64,000 nt of DNA, taken from assembly GCF_963506605.1 (NCBI RefSeq), contig NC_083288.1, forward strand, positions 49,352,001 through 49,416,000, read 5' to 3'. The position numbers and the translations under genes are program-made. Of the stretch, positions 1 through 10,842 are shown piece after piece; the first letter of the stretch is position 1, and the number at the start of each line of letters is the position of its first letter. The notes below the pieces were generated by a model that was not told the DNA's origin, ran no database searches, and saw nothing but the letters and a program-made list of their open reading frames with translations. The stretch is from Zootoca vivipara. Taxonomy: Eukaryota.

Positions 1-199
1 TCTTAACCCCTTCATGCGTTAGTTAGACTTAAGCATGGTGGTTATATGAGGCTGGTTATCTCACAGATTTGTGGTTTAGCCAACTCAAGACTTCGGTCAC
101 CATAATGCAAGCTATACAGGAAGTCTGCCTCCCTTCAGACTGTGCCGCCTCTGAACCAAGGTCTCTACCCACCCACATCTCTCTTCCACCCATCCCCAG

Positions 200-307
200 G
201 TACTCTATCTACTCAGCCAGATACAACACAAAGAAGAAGCAGAGAAGAAGCTGGAGACTTCCATTTCAGAACGGGAGCAGCAGCAACTTGAGCGCCTCAA
301 GTTCCAG
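200..307 (+). CDS. KIF4A: KIF4 chromokinesin, internal exon (gene starts upstream of window)
   Basis: AG/GT-bounded 108-nt exon encoding VLYLLSQIQHKEEAEKKLETSISEREQQQLERLKFQ; resembles the KIF4A coiled-coil VLYLLSQLQQ...KCQ. Confidence 0.85.
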
Positions 308-755
308 GTAAAAGCTGCTGTGTCTCTTAGGTGGGGTTGCTCCTGCCCCCTCAAATGCAGCCGTGTTTGCCATCCCACCATCCCAGCTGTTCCTTTGCTG
401 GTGGGAAGGAATCCCATATCCAAGCAACAATGCTTGTGGTACTGGCATCGTGTCATTGAATGAGGCTGCTTGATTTCGGCTCAGACCACTACTCTTGATG
501 CTCTTCTTGTCGATCTCCGCTTTATCATCCACTGGCTTTGTAACCAAAGTGTCTTTTCTGCTCTCCCTCAGTTTTGGAGGCTATGCTAATCCGGTAGTTC
601 TTCCACATTTTTCTGTTTCTCAAAACACGCAAAGCAATGTTAGCTCTGGTCATTTAAATGAGTTTTGAAGGGTCTGTATGTGTGACTAGATGGATTGTGG
701 TGTGATGTGGGACGGAGGGAGAAAATGTGGTGTGGTGTTTGGGGAGTCTCTAAAT

Positions 756-892
756 CAGGCTTCCTCAACCTCGGCCCTCCAGATGTTTTCAGACTACAAT
801 TCCCACCATCCCTGACCACTGGTCCTGCTAGCTAGGGATCATGGGAGTTGTAGGCCAAAAAACATCTGGAGGGCCGAGGTTGAGAAAGCCTG
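756..892. mobile_element. about 135-bp palindromic hAT (Charlie-like) MITE; other copies at 14008-14143, 14688-14823, 16830-16965, 17287-17426, 19787-19922, 21501-21636, 23438-23572, 34237-34372
   Basis: CAGG...CCTG TIRs and 8-bp TSDs (gtatagat, atccaact, ttctatat, ggctacag, ctttagag). Confidence 0.9.
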
Positions 893-1162
893 ATCTAAAT
901 CAACCAGTGTATCCTGTAGGCCAGAAGTTGGAACTTCAAGTGATGGCACTCAAGGCTCTATCCTTAAAATAATATTTTTTTTTAAAAAAAAAAATCAGAG
1001 TTGGGGGAAATATCGAGCATTCTTTCATTCTTAGTAGCCCTCTTCAAATCTTTAGAAGGCAGGCATTGCACAAATCCTAGGTGTGCAAACACCCCAACAT
1101 CTGGGTTTCTTGCAGCTGAAGATGAGACCTTAGGAGCCTTTTGTCTTCTTTACTGTGGACAG

Positions 1163-1240
1163 GAAGAAGAGCTGGCCAAAATGAAGGAGGTTTTAGAAAA
1201 GAACCAGGAACACCGAGAAGAGATTGAAACTCTCAGACAG
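1163..1240 (+). CDS. KIF4A: KIF4 exon
   Basis: 78-nt phase-0 exon, EEELAKMKEVLEKNQEHREEIETLRQ. Confidence 0.85.
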
Positions 1241-1321
1241 GTAGGTCTAGGAGTGACAGCAGCGGCTGACTTTGCTCTTGTCCCTCAGTGAACCTCACAT
1301 TCCTCCCTTTCTTCCCAACAG

Positions 1322-1426
1322 AAATTGAGAGTTTTTCAAGCTGTCAGTGGCCAGAGGATCTGCAATGTCCAGCCGGCCCCTGCAATAGACACCCCGGAGT
1401 CCCCCTTCGAATACATTCCACCCAAG
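1322..1426 (+). CDS. KIF4A: KIF4 exon
   Basis: 105-nt phase-0 exon, KLRVFQAVSGQ...SPFEYIPPK (KIF4A has SFEYVPPK). Confidence 0.85.
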
Positions 1427-1597
1427 GTGTGTGTCCTGCCGGTGGGGTGGGGCGGAGAAGCAAGGCAGGGTGTCTGCGTGCGACAGCGCTTGTTTGTATG
1501 GCTGGTCCATCCCATCACCTGAAAGATAAAGCTGGGTATGGATTAGAAGCACGAGTCAAAATACATTACAGCTCTTAGTGGCTGCCTTAATGTTCAT

Positions 1598-1805
1598 GAC
1601 AGCGTGGTGTAATGGTTAGGGTGTCAGAGTAGGACCTGGGAGACCAGGGTTCAAATCCCCACTCAGCCATGAAGCTCACTGGGTGTCCTTGGATATCAGT
1701 CACTGGCTCTCAGCCTAAACTACCTCGCAGGGTTGTTGTGGGGATTAAATGAGGAGAGGGCAGGACCACGTACAGCTCCTTGGAAGAAAAGTTGGAATAG
1801 GAATG
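1598..1805 (+). mobile_element. tRNA-headed MIR-like/squamate SINE; related copies at about 23012-23190 (+) and 32143-32310 (-)
   Basis: A-box/B-box head (gtggtgtaatggttag...gggttcaaatccc) and core-like body. Confidence 0.65.
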
Positions 1806-2009
1806 CAGCAAATAAGTAAAAAGGCTTGTCTCTGATCCCCAAATTACATTGCTTGAGAAAATCACTAACCTCGACCAGGTGGGCTTTGGGTTCCAACTTC
1901 CATCAGCTGCAGCCAACCTGGCCTGATCGTTTTTTTGTGCGGCTGTCTTCGTTCCACAACTTGAGTGAGGCAGAAATGGTGAGCTTGTCTTCTTCGGTTC
2001 CCCCTTCAG

Positions 2010-2159
2010 CCAAAGTCTCGCAAGCGAATGACCTCGCTGCCTCCAGCCGACATGGATGAGGAAGGCTCATCTTCTGACTTGGATGAGGCCAAAGAGATGG
2101 AAGATGCCGAGTGGGTGCCGTCCAAGCTTTCCAGAGGATCCAGGCAGAGCATTTTGGGG
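2010..2159 (+). CDS. KIF4A: KIF4 exon
   Basis: 150-nt phase-0 exon, PKSRKR...EDAEWVPSKLSRGSRQSILG (KIF4A has DEEWKPTKL...IQG). Confidence 0.85.
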
Positions 2160-3072
2160 GTAGGATCATCGAGCAGGACGGCTGACATTTAGGTAGCTGC
2201 CTCCTGAAATCTGGCCAGGAGGAGCAATGCAAGAATTGGCTCTGGTAGACCAGGCCCAAGTGCGCATCAGGTTCAGCTGTCTTGCTTCCAACACTGCCCT
2301 GTGGTGACACAAAGGCATCATTCCTCTTCTGTTATCCATCCCAGTAATGAAAATGCTGTCACTGAGCATGGAGGCTCCATTCATCCAGCTTAATGACTAA
2401 CCACAAATTTGTCTAATCGTCTTATTTCTTCATTAAAGCCACCTCAGTTATCATTGCTAGGTTCTACATTGATGGATTCCCACAATGTGCGCGTTAAATA
2501 CTGTTCAGCCAAACGTGTCTAAATATCTTAAGGAGTTTCTGGTGGAAATCCGCCACCTTTTGTGGAACAGTTGATGGCTTTAAATTGAAAAATTAAAATT
2601 CTGTGACAGCTGAGCTGAGTGTGTCTTTGGTGGCCTTGCCATCTTGGGGCAGAGGAGTGTCAAGATGCTCCAGCAAACCTTTTCAGGACCTGTGGGTACA
2701 TTTGCAAACTGGAGAGACTGTTGTGCCCCCCCCCCAAAAAAACACCACACGTACACCCTAAGCTCACACTGCCCTAGCCTATTGACTGCAATGGATGCGT
2801 ATGTCAAGCTTAATTTCAGTGACGGGAAGAGATCCTGGGGGAAGCCTCTATAGGCATATGTGTGCCCACGGGCACCATCTTGGCAACCTGCATTGTGCAT
2901 GCTGGCTGTGACAGCTAGGAAGAACCTGTGTGGGCCAAACGTGCCCGATTCCTCATTTCAGAGCCCCAAACCTGAAAGGAGTTGAGTCCCAGAAACAGAC
3001 ACAGCAGTACATGCCACTTGTGGGTTATTTCACGTGTGTTTTCTGCTCTCTCACTGAGCTCTCCCTTTGCAG

Positions 3073-3192
3073 TGCACCTGCCGAGGCCGATGTGTAAACA
3101 AGAAGTGCGGCTGCCGTAAGCAAAAGATGGCCTGCTCCGAAGACTGTCGCTGCGAGTACGGGAGGTGTCGGAACCGCGAGCACTATGATTTG
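3073..3192 (+). CDS. KIF4A: KIF4 exon, cysteine-rich (CXC) domain
   Basis: 120-nt exon, CTCRGRCVNKKCGCRKQKMACSEDCRCEYGRCRNREHYDL. Confidence 0.9.
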
Positions 3193-3443
3193 GTGAGCAA
3201 CTCTTGGCAAGACCTCATTTTTTTTCTCTTTGAGGTAGCAGAACAGCCCTGGAGTTGCCTGCTCCGCCTCCCAGCAGGCAGGGCAAATCCTGTGCAGCTC
3301 TTGTCCTGGCTTGATTTGGGAATTGATTTGGCTGGAATTCCAAGCTGCAGGGCCAAAGGGAAAGCTTCTGCCTCTTTGCAGGATGGAGATGTTCAAATCT
3401 GATGGTGACTCCTTTTTGCATGGGTCTCAAAGGGTTTCATATT

Positions 3444-3663
3444 CACTAGTGGCCGAAATTGTGGAAACCTTTTGGGAAACTGTATTTCTGAGGTTTGATG
3501 GAGTAATACCATAAAACTTGTTGCATTACATTCTTCATTAAATTATATTATATTTCCATTGATATATAATTTTATTGTATTACTAAAAAAAATGGTGTTA
3601 TGAGCCATCAAACCTCGGAAATACACTTCCTCCAAAAGGTTTCCACAATTTTGGCCACTAGTG
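3444..3663. mobile_element. Tc1/Mariner-type MITE
   Basis: TIR cactagtggcc(g/a)aaattgtggaaaccttt at both ends. Confidence 0.75.
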
Positions 3664-4055
3664 TACCTTGTTTTAGGATGCTGCACATATATAGCAGAGA
3701 AGGTAACCTCTAAGAGGTGTTATATCCTGCAACTGGGGAGGAGTCTTTTTCCCTCCCTGCAGTAACAAGGTGATCCATGAATGGCAAATTCTCACTCCCT
3801 ACAGAAAACAAACATTGTGGTAAGCCCAATCAATGTTCTATTCTAAAAGGCTGCTCTGCTATATGTAGTTTCACAACTACTTCCGATTAAACACGTCTAT
3901 GCTATTTACATGTTTGAGAGGGATGGGTTACTTTTATAAGCATGCCTCCCGAGAGCATGCTCTGCTGCCTGCTAAGCACAAGGACACTTTGCACTAAGAC
4001 CAGCCTTTCATTCTCTCATCCTGTAGTTCATAAGTGGGGAAACTGGTCTCTAGAG

Positions 4056-4725
4056 CAGTGGTTCCCAACAGGTGGTCCGCAGACTCCCGGTGGTCCGTGA
4101 GCTATGCCAGAGGGGTCCGCAAGATGCTATTAGAATAAAAAATATATTAAATATATTTCGTATGATAACAGATTTTTTTGTTTTGGCCGCTTCCTGCATG
4201 AGCAGAGTCTAGCGCAAAACTAGAATTAGATAGAGGCAGTAGTTCTGCTGTATGCCGTTAGGTGGCACTTTACAAACACTACTGTTTTGCAAAGAGGCAG
4301 CGCGCGCATTCTACTAATGCTCACTTCCCCAAGATGCTTTGCGCGCGTCGGCTTCATTTGTGCGCTACTGCGCAGGTACCCTGTCTTCTCCATTCCCCTC
4401 CCTCCTCCCTGGCGCGCGCTGCCTCTTTGCAAAACAGTAGTGTTTGTAAACAAAGTGTTGTTTTTCGCGGAAGCTACAGTTCACGTAGTTAAAAATGGAC
4501 CGTTGGTTAAAAAGTGGTTCATCTCATTAAGAACTGAAAATTAAAACTAACTGTATACTGATGGAGTACTCTGTTGTAACTGTAAAAAACGTATAAATAT
4601 AAAATATAAAAAGACTCTTAATTTGGCTCTCACTTTTTAATTTTAGGATTAGGAATTAATGGGGGTCCTTGTCACAATAGCGGCTCGATGAGGGGTCCTC
4701 AAGAAAATTTTGTTGGGAACCCCTG
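4056..4725. mobile_element. non-autonomous hAT transposon
   Basis: TIRs cagtggttcccaaca / tgttgggaacccctg; perfect TSD ctctagag. Confidence 0.9.
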
Positions 4726-5181
4726 CTCTAGAGGTTGTTGGACTCTTAACTCACACCAGCTCTTACAACATGGCCAATAGTCAGGGATGGTGGGAGTTGT
4801 AGTCCAGCAACATGTGGAGGTGCAGGGGTTCGCTCCCCACTCCTCCTGTTTAGGCTGCAGTTGCCCTAGTAGAGAAACAGGTATTTAATGGTATTTTGGT
4901 CTGATTCTAGTTCAAGATTTAATCCCATTCAAAAACTGACATGCTTAATCCCTGACTCCCGTCCACCCCCCAATACTAAGACCAGCTCATAGAGAGTTTG
5001 TGTGATGCTTTGCAAGGCACCAATGGAAGGGTGTTTGGGCACTGCTTGGGGAAGCCCCTGAGCATGCTGAGCTCCGTGTAGATCGAGTCCCTGTAGCTTT
5101 ATGGGCTGGAGCAGATGCCAAGCATTGGATTGCATCAAGTGCAGTCCAGGCTAGCCTGCATCCTGCCTTTTCCCCCCTTAG

Positions 5182-5304
5182 GAAGGGATGCTTGCTGATG
5201 AGCAAGTGGGAGATTCAAAGGACACCTTCAACCCGGAAGATCCTACTCTGGCAACTGGAGGGGACACCTTTTTTGAGCCGCCAGCTGTTGCACCTACCAG
5301 AAAG
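5182..5304 (+). CDS. KIF4A: KIF4 exon
   Basis: 123-nt phase-0 exon, EGMLADEQVGDSKDTFNPEDPTLATGGDTFFEPPAVAPTRK (KIF4A has EDPT...SFFNP). Confidence 0.85.
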
Positions 5305-5485
5305 GTATGAGGATTGCATAGATGCAGGTGGCATTGAACACAGCTCTGGTTTTGCTTTGGGGCTAGGAAAGGGCACTTGTGGGGTTGTTGCAGAGCTGTG
5401 AGTTCCCCATAGTCTGGCACACTTGAAGGGGTAACAAATGGCTGCATAGTGACTTCCATTTACCCCGTGGCCACTGACTGGCCAT

Positions 5486-5538
<53 letters not shown>

Positions 5539-5645
5539 GCATTTGGTAAGGCTAGCCCAATTGGTTATGTCTTTTTTAAACAGATGATATACTTGAAATA
5601 ATATTAACAGGGAGAAGAGGGGATAGCCCAACTTATGTTGTCCAT

Positions 5646-6010
5646 CCTTGGTCACCTCCAGGTTAGGTGACCGTGGGGCTGCCTTTGAAGGCTATTTGGA
5701 AACTGCACCCGGTGAATTCAGCGGCCAGATTGCTGACCAGGGCAAGGCAGTCCAAGCAGAGAACACCAATGTTGGCACGACTGTACTGGCTGCCGACTAC
5801 TTTCCAGGCTCAATTCAAAGAGCTGGTTTCTATCTGTAAAGCCTTATGAGTCAGGATCCCAACACTTCAGGGACTGCCTCTCCCCATATGAACCAACCTG
5901 GACCCGGCTTTAGTCGTCTGAGGTCCTTCTCCATGTCCCTCCTCCAGTGGAATGCTCTCCCCGGCTACCTTTAGGTGCCTGGCAAAAATATTTCTATTCC
6001 CCCAGGCTTT
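5646..6010 (+). mobile_element. L2-type LINE 3' fragment; others at about 20400-20690, 30000-30310, 59860-60140
   Basis: Degenerate L2 ORF2 C-terminal sequence and lizard L2 tail (gccgcccagagtggctgg). Confidence 0.6.
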
Positions 6011-6321
6011 CCGCCCTTAATATAGAGAGTAATTAGATATGTTTGTGGCCTCTTTCTCTGCCATTTTCTATGTATTGTATTATATTATATTATGGATGGG
6101 CATTTTAAGTTTTTATTTTATTGTTTTTGTACTTGGTTTTAACGTGTGTGTGTGTGCGGTTTGTGTTGTAAATGTTTTTGAGCTACTTCCGTGAAAAAAC
6201 TTATTGAAATTGGGTTCACTGATGCCTGGGCAATAGGTCCGCTTTCCTCGTCTGTCGACATAGCAACTAGTTACGTGCCCACCCTGGTGAGCTGCCACTC
6301 AGTAAACACTTGTCTGCATTT

Positions 6322-6411
6322 CATAGCTGTCAAGTTTTCCCTTTTCTCGCGAGGAAGCCTATTCAGCATAAGGGAATGTCCCTTTTAAAAAGGGAGAACT
6401 TGACAGCTATG
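6322..6411. mobile_element. 90-bp hAT MITE; second copy at 47102-47196
   Basis: TIR catagctgtcaagtt; perfect 8-bp TSDs ctgcattt and atttaaat. Confidence 0.85.
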
Positions 6412-6793
6412 CTGCATTTGCCCAGTGCCTGAAAATAACATGGGAATAAAATGCTCTCCCTCGTCATTAAATACCACAGCCAGCTTGTCTGATGTAGCCT
6501 TCACTCCTTAATCTTGTCTGTTGTGTGGGCACTGGGTGTTTTTTTCCAACCTTGAATTCTTGAACGGCTGGAGTGTTTCCCTTTTTGCTGTGGGCAACCA
6601 TCCTGAGGCAGGCACAATTTGATTTTCTTTTCCAGGAAGCTGCCCTTCCTGGTGTCCGATTCATCCCTGTGCACATTAATTCAGTCTGCTTCACTGAACC
6701 CAAACCTGCCTGTTTGGAAATCCTCCCCTTGTGAAATGAAATGGCAGCTAAGGCTGTAACTGATGTCTCCTTTTTCTTTCTCCCCGCTCCCAG

Positions 6794-6964
6794 GTCCTGG
6801 AGGAAAAAAATGAGGAGATTCTGCCTGACACTTCCTTATTTGCACTGGGAGACGAATCTAGCAAGATATCAGCAGCAGCAGCCATGAAGAAGGGGAGGAA
6901 GCGACTTCTCAGCAGCAGAAGTAGCTACTTCTCAGGCTGCACGCCGATCAAGGAAGATGGTTGA
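6794..6964 (+). CDS. KIF4A: KIF4 terminal coding exon
   Basis: VLEEKNEE...KKGRKRLLSSRSSYFSGCTPIKEDG-stop (KIF4A ends FFSGCSPIEEEAH). Confidence 0.88.
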   Translation, partial: VLEEKNEEILPDTSLFALGDESSKISAAAAMKKGRKRLLSSRSSYFSGCTPIKEDG

Positions 6965-7070
6965 GGGCCGGAGGGAGGCGGGAGCAGGCTTGGAAAGGAA
7001 AGCTTGGGCCTGCAGACAACAAATGTTTTTATAGTGTATAGTGTTGTTTTTAGAGCTTATACGTTTTTTG

Positions 7071-7076
7071 AATAAA
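7071..7076 (+). terminator. KIF4 polyadenylation signal
   Basis: AATAAA about 110 nt after the stop codon. Confidence 0.6.
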
Positions 7077-8325
7077 GGAAATTCACTTATCAGCTCCTTC
7101 AGCAAGGGGTGGGGAAACATTTTCAGACTTTTTTTATTAATGAATTTGTAAAGCATTACATGTATATGATGAATCTCTTACGATAAACTTCCCACTGTTT
7201 GCACCAAAAAATGAAATAATCCTAATACATAAAGATAAAAAACCTGTTTCTTTCTTACATACTTATAAACAAGAACTTTATCTCTATTCTTTATCAAGTT
7301 CTGTTCCATTGTTAACAAAAATTCTTAGAAAAAATTACTAACAAAAATCCTCCTACCTGACTTCCTGTCAAATCCTGTTGTATATTTTATATCTCACATT
7401 GAATGTATCCAACTTTATTCCTCTATTCTCTATATGTTATCTATTACATTCTTAAAACATTTTATCCCCTTATGTAATCTTATTTTTCCTATCGTTCCTT
7501 AGATCATGATCAATCAAAAGCTGCCATAGACATAAACCCTTTTGTGTATCCTTGTATATCTCTTGTATTTATTCCCAACTCTGTACATACTCCTGTCTTG
7601 ATTTGCCTCTCAGCTTGTTGGTTAACAGTGCCATTTCCGCATATTCTTGCAATTTATTTTGCCAGTCACTAATAGTTGGTAGATTTTCCCCTTTCCAATT
7701 CTTCGCTATTCAGACTTGAGGGTCGTCAGTTCCCTGGTTGGAAGGTATACCAGTGACTGGTGAGCCCAGAACCAAGAGCAGGCGGTTCAATGGATGCAAC
7801 TGCAGCTATGGAAACATCACGAGGCTTCTGCCCCCTGCGCTGCACCCCATACATCTTGAGTCTCCTTCCATGCAGAAGCACCTGAGTGCAGAGCAGGACA
7901 GGTGTGAGGGGGCATGGTTCGACAAGCGTCTTAAACAGGCTTAGGTGTATGGGGTCACGTGGCCTTTATGTGGACATACACACAAACAAATCTTTTTTAT
8001 TGAAAGAGTTGGGAAGAACAGAATGCAGCTCTCGGGTTTCGTAAAGGACAGAGCTAACCACTTCTAAAGAAGCCGGATTGTGGAAAACATTAGAAGAAAA
8101 CTTTCCACAAGCCCCAGTGCAGATCCAGGCCATAGATTTAGAGCACATTCACAACACTTAAAAGCACATGACTTCCCTCAAGAATGCAGGAAGTCATGTG
8201 TTGCCAAGGTGCTTTAAATTACAGCCTGGATCTGCCCCTGAAGGATAGCACCTTTTCACTTATTGAGAGAGTGAACCATATCAGGCAAGAGTAGTACCCA
8301 CGTGTATCTAGCAAGCAAAAATCGG

Positions 8326-8790
8326 TGTTGAAGCAATGATTCTTCAACATCAACTTTGTTGGCCTGGTCATGTTGTGCGGATGCCTGATTATCGTCTTCC
8401 AAAGCAACTACTCCATTCCGAACTTAAAAATGGTAAGCGGTCAACAAAAGGTTTAAAGACTCACTTAAGGCAATATCTTAAAAAACGTAATATAAACACC
8501 AACAACTGGGAAACACTGGCGTTCAAGCGCTCCAGTTGGAGAACAGCCTTTACCAAAGATGTCATGGGCTTTTGAAGACGTTCGAACTCGGGATAAAAGG
8601 GAGAAACATGCTAAGGGGAAGGCACACTTGGCGAACCCTCTCACCATGATCAACTCCCACCGGGAAATTTATGTCCTCACTGTGGAAGGACGTGTGGATC
8701 CAGATTTGCCCTCTACAGTCACTTGTGGACTCACTGTTAAAACCCTGTTTATGGAAGACAATATTACTTGGCTATGAGTAATTGCCAAAG
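8326..8790 (+). mobile_element. RTE-type LINE 3' fragment; related fragments at about 27880-28140 (-) and 47700-48010 (-)
   Basis: LCWPGHVVRMPDYRLPKQLLHSEL and EEGRIPKNALYGEL motifs. Confidence 0.75.
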
Positions 8791-9274
8791 AACTGCAAGC
8801 ATTAAATTCATTTGTTGTTGCTACATTAGATCCTATTAGCCCAATTGCAAAACGGCTATGGCCTTGTATGGCAGAGTCCTTTTTAACCCAACTGCATAAA
8901 AACTGATTAATCCGTTCTGAGAAAAAGCTTTGTTTACTAGATCAGGTATTACATGGCGAGAAGGTTTTCAATAAGGAGGCTGGGGAAGTAAAAATCACAC
9001 ACAAAAATGAAGAGGGAAATCTGCTTTTTCCCCCCATTTTCCACGTGTATATTAAAGATATATTGAACTCATCACACACACAACTCTCCCAAGCAAAGGG
9101 TGTAATGATGTTGCTATTCTTCCGCTCAGTATTTCTACAAGCTGTAGTTGGGGGGGGGGGCTGCTTGAGACGCAGCTGTTTTTCCATCACACTCCCTGGC
9201 CACGTGAAATCAGGTTGCCTCCAGAACCAGCTTTGTCAAAACAGCACTGTCCCTTACTGCTTTCAGTTCGCTTA

Positions 9275-10070
9275 AAGAAAATGTTATGAAAATGATGTAT
9301 AGATGGCACCTAACACCAGTGAAATTAGCAAAAATGTACAGAACAAACAATTTATGTACAGAACAAACAATTTATGTTGGAAATGTAAAGAAAAAGAAGG
9401 TACCTTTTACCATATGTGGTGGTTTTGTAAAGGGGTGAAAGCTTTCTCGGAAATGTATTATAATGACTTTAAAAAATGATGAAATACTTTTTTTATTAAA
9501 AAAAAACCAGAAGCTTTCCTATTAGGTATAGTAGGTAGAGAAATATGTAAGCAGGAGAAAACATTGTTTTTATATGCAACAACAGCGGCAAGAATGTTAT
9601 TAGCCCAAAGATGGAAGCAAGATTTACCAACAAAAGAAGAGTGGCAGATGAAATTAATGGACTGCGCATAATTGGCGAAACTGATGGGAAAAATCTGGAA
9701 CCCGCAGGACCAGGCTTTCCAGAAAGACTAAAACAAATTTATGTTATATTTGAAGGGCAACTGCAAACAATTAACATCACTAGTAGGGTTACAGGAAGTT
9801 TTGTAAGGATCAATTTATTACTTATTGTAGTAATACAATACAATTACTTAACTGAAATAAGTAAGGAATTACTGTATATAAAGATAAGATTTAGCAGGAA
9901 TAAGAACTATAGGAAAATGCAAGTTATGGAGTTTGAAAACCACTACAGTCAGGGAGGAGGGAAGTCACAGGCTCATGGAGCCAAATGTTTTATTTTGGGG
10001 GGAAAAGGTTATGATGTTATGCAAAGAAAATATATGTAAAAACCAATAAAAATTATTTGAAAGAAGAAGA
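9275..10070 (+). mobile_element. L1/Tx1-type LINE 3' fragment; others at about 7110-7710 (-), 11120-11900 (+), 15100-15520 (+)
   Basis: YRWHLTP...CWKCKEKEGTFYHMWW ORF2 C-terminal motif and A-rich tail. Confidence 0.75.
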
Positions 10071-10466
10071 AGAAACAGCACTCTTCCCCCCCCCCCCGGC
10101 CAAGAAAGATATGTTGTAGGAAACAAGGTACCACCAGAACAAATGCACAGATGCTGATTCTTTTAATTCCAAGAGAGATCGGCGGAATGGGCGGAGGAGA
10201 GGAGAATCAACTTCTTTCAAAGCTCCTATACTAAGCCTTCCACCATCTAGTGGCTTCCGCCTGTTTTCCATCAAAGCTCCCATCAGCCCCCTGTTTTGGT
10301 CCACTGCAAGTAGACTGTAGCCAACTGGGAGATCAGAGCCATCTGCTTGTCTTCTTGCCCCCCCCCCCAAAAAAAAATTCCCCTCCATTCGTGAAGGCTT
10401 CTGGAGAGGGAGAGGTGGCAAGTGGGAGCGCCACAACTAAGGCAACAAAACGGTGAGCGTTTCCTT

Positions 10467-10633
10467 TCACAAGTTATCGTAGTCGTCATCTTCCTCGTGC
10501 TTCCTTTTCAAAGGGTTCACCTCGCCGGAGCCGCCCTGCGACGACACCATGTTGGTGGTGATGAGGATGTTTTTGGACCCGATCAGGGAGGGGTTGATCA
10601 GCACATTCTGTACCGTGGGGGTAGTTGGAGTCG
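10467..10633 (-). CDS. TAF9B: TAF9/TAF9B exon 7 (terminal)
   Basis: ...[26 protein letters not shown]...[13 protein letters not shown]-stop, matching the TAF9 C-terminus. Confidence 0.92.
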
Positions 10634-10706
10634 CTGAGAAGGAGAAAGGGATTTGTTAGATAGTTATACTGTCTGTCTGTATGCCAAAAATCAAAAATGA
10701 TAGATG

Positions 10707-10842
10707 NNNNNNNNNNNNNNNNNNNNNNNNNNNNNNNNNNNNNNNNNNNNNNNNNNNNNNNNNNNNNNNNNNNNNNNNNNNNNNNNNNNNNNNNNNNNNN
10801 NNNNNNNNNNNNNNNNNNNNNNNNNNNNNNNNNNNNNNNNNN
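10707..10842. other. assembly gap (136 N)
   Basis: Run of N within TAF9 intron 6. Confidence 1.
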
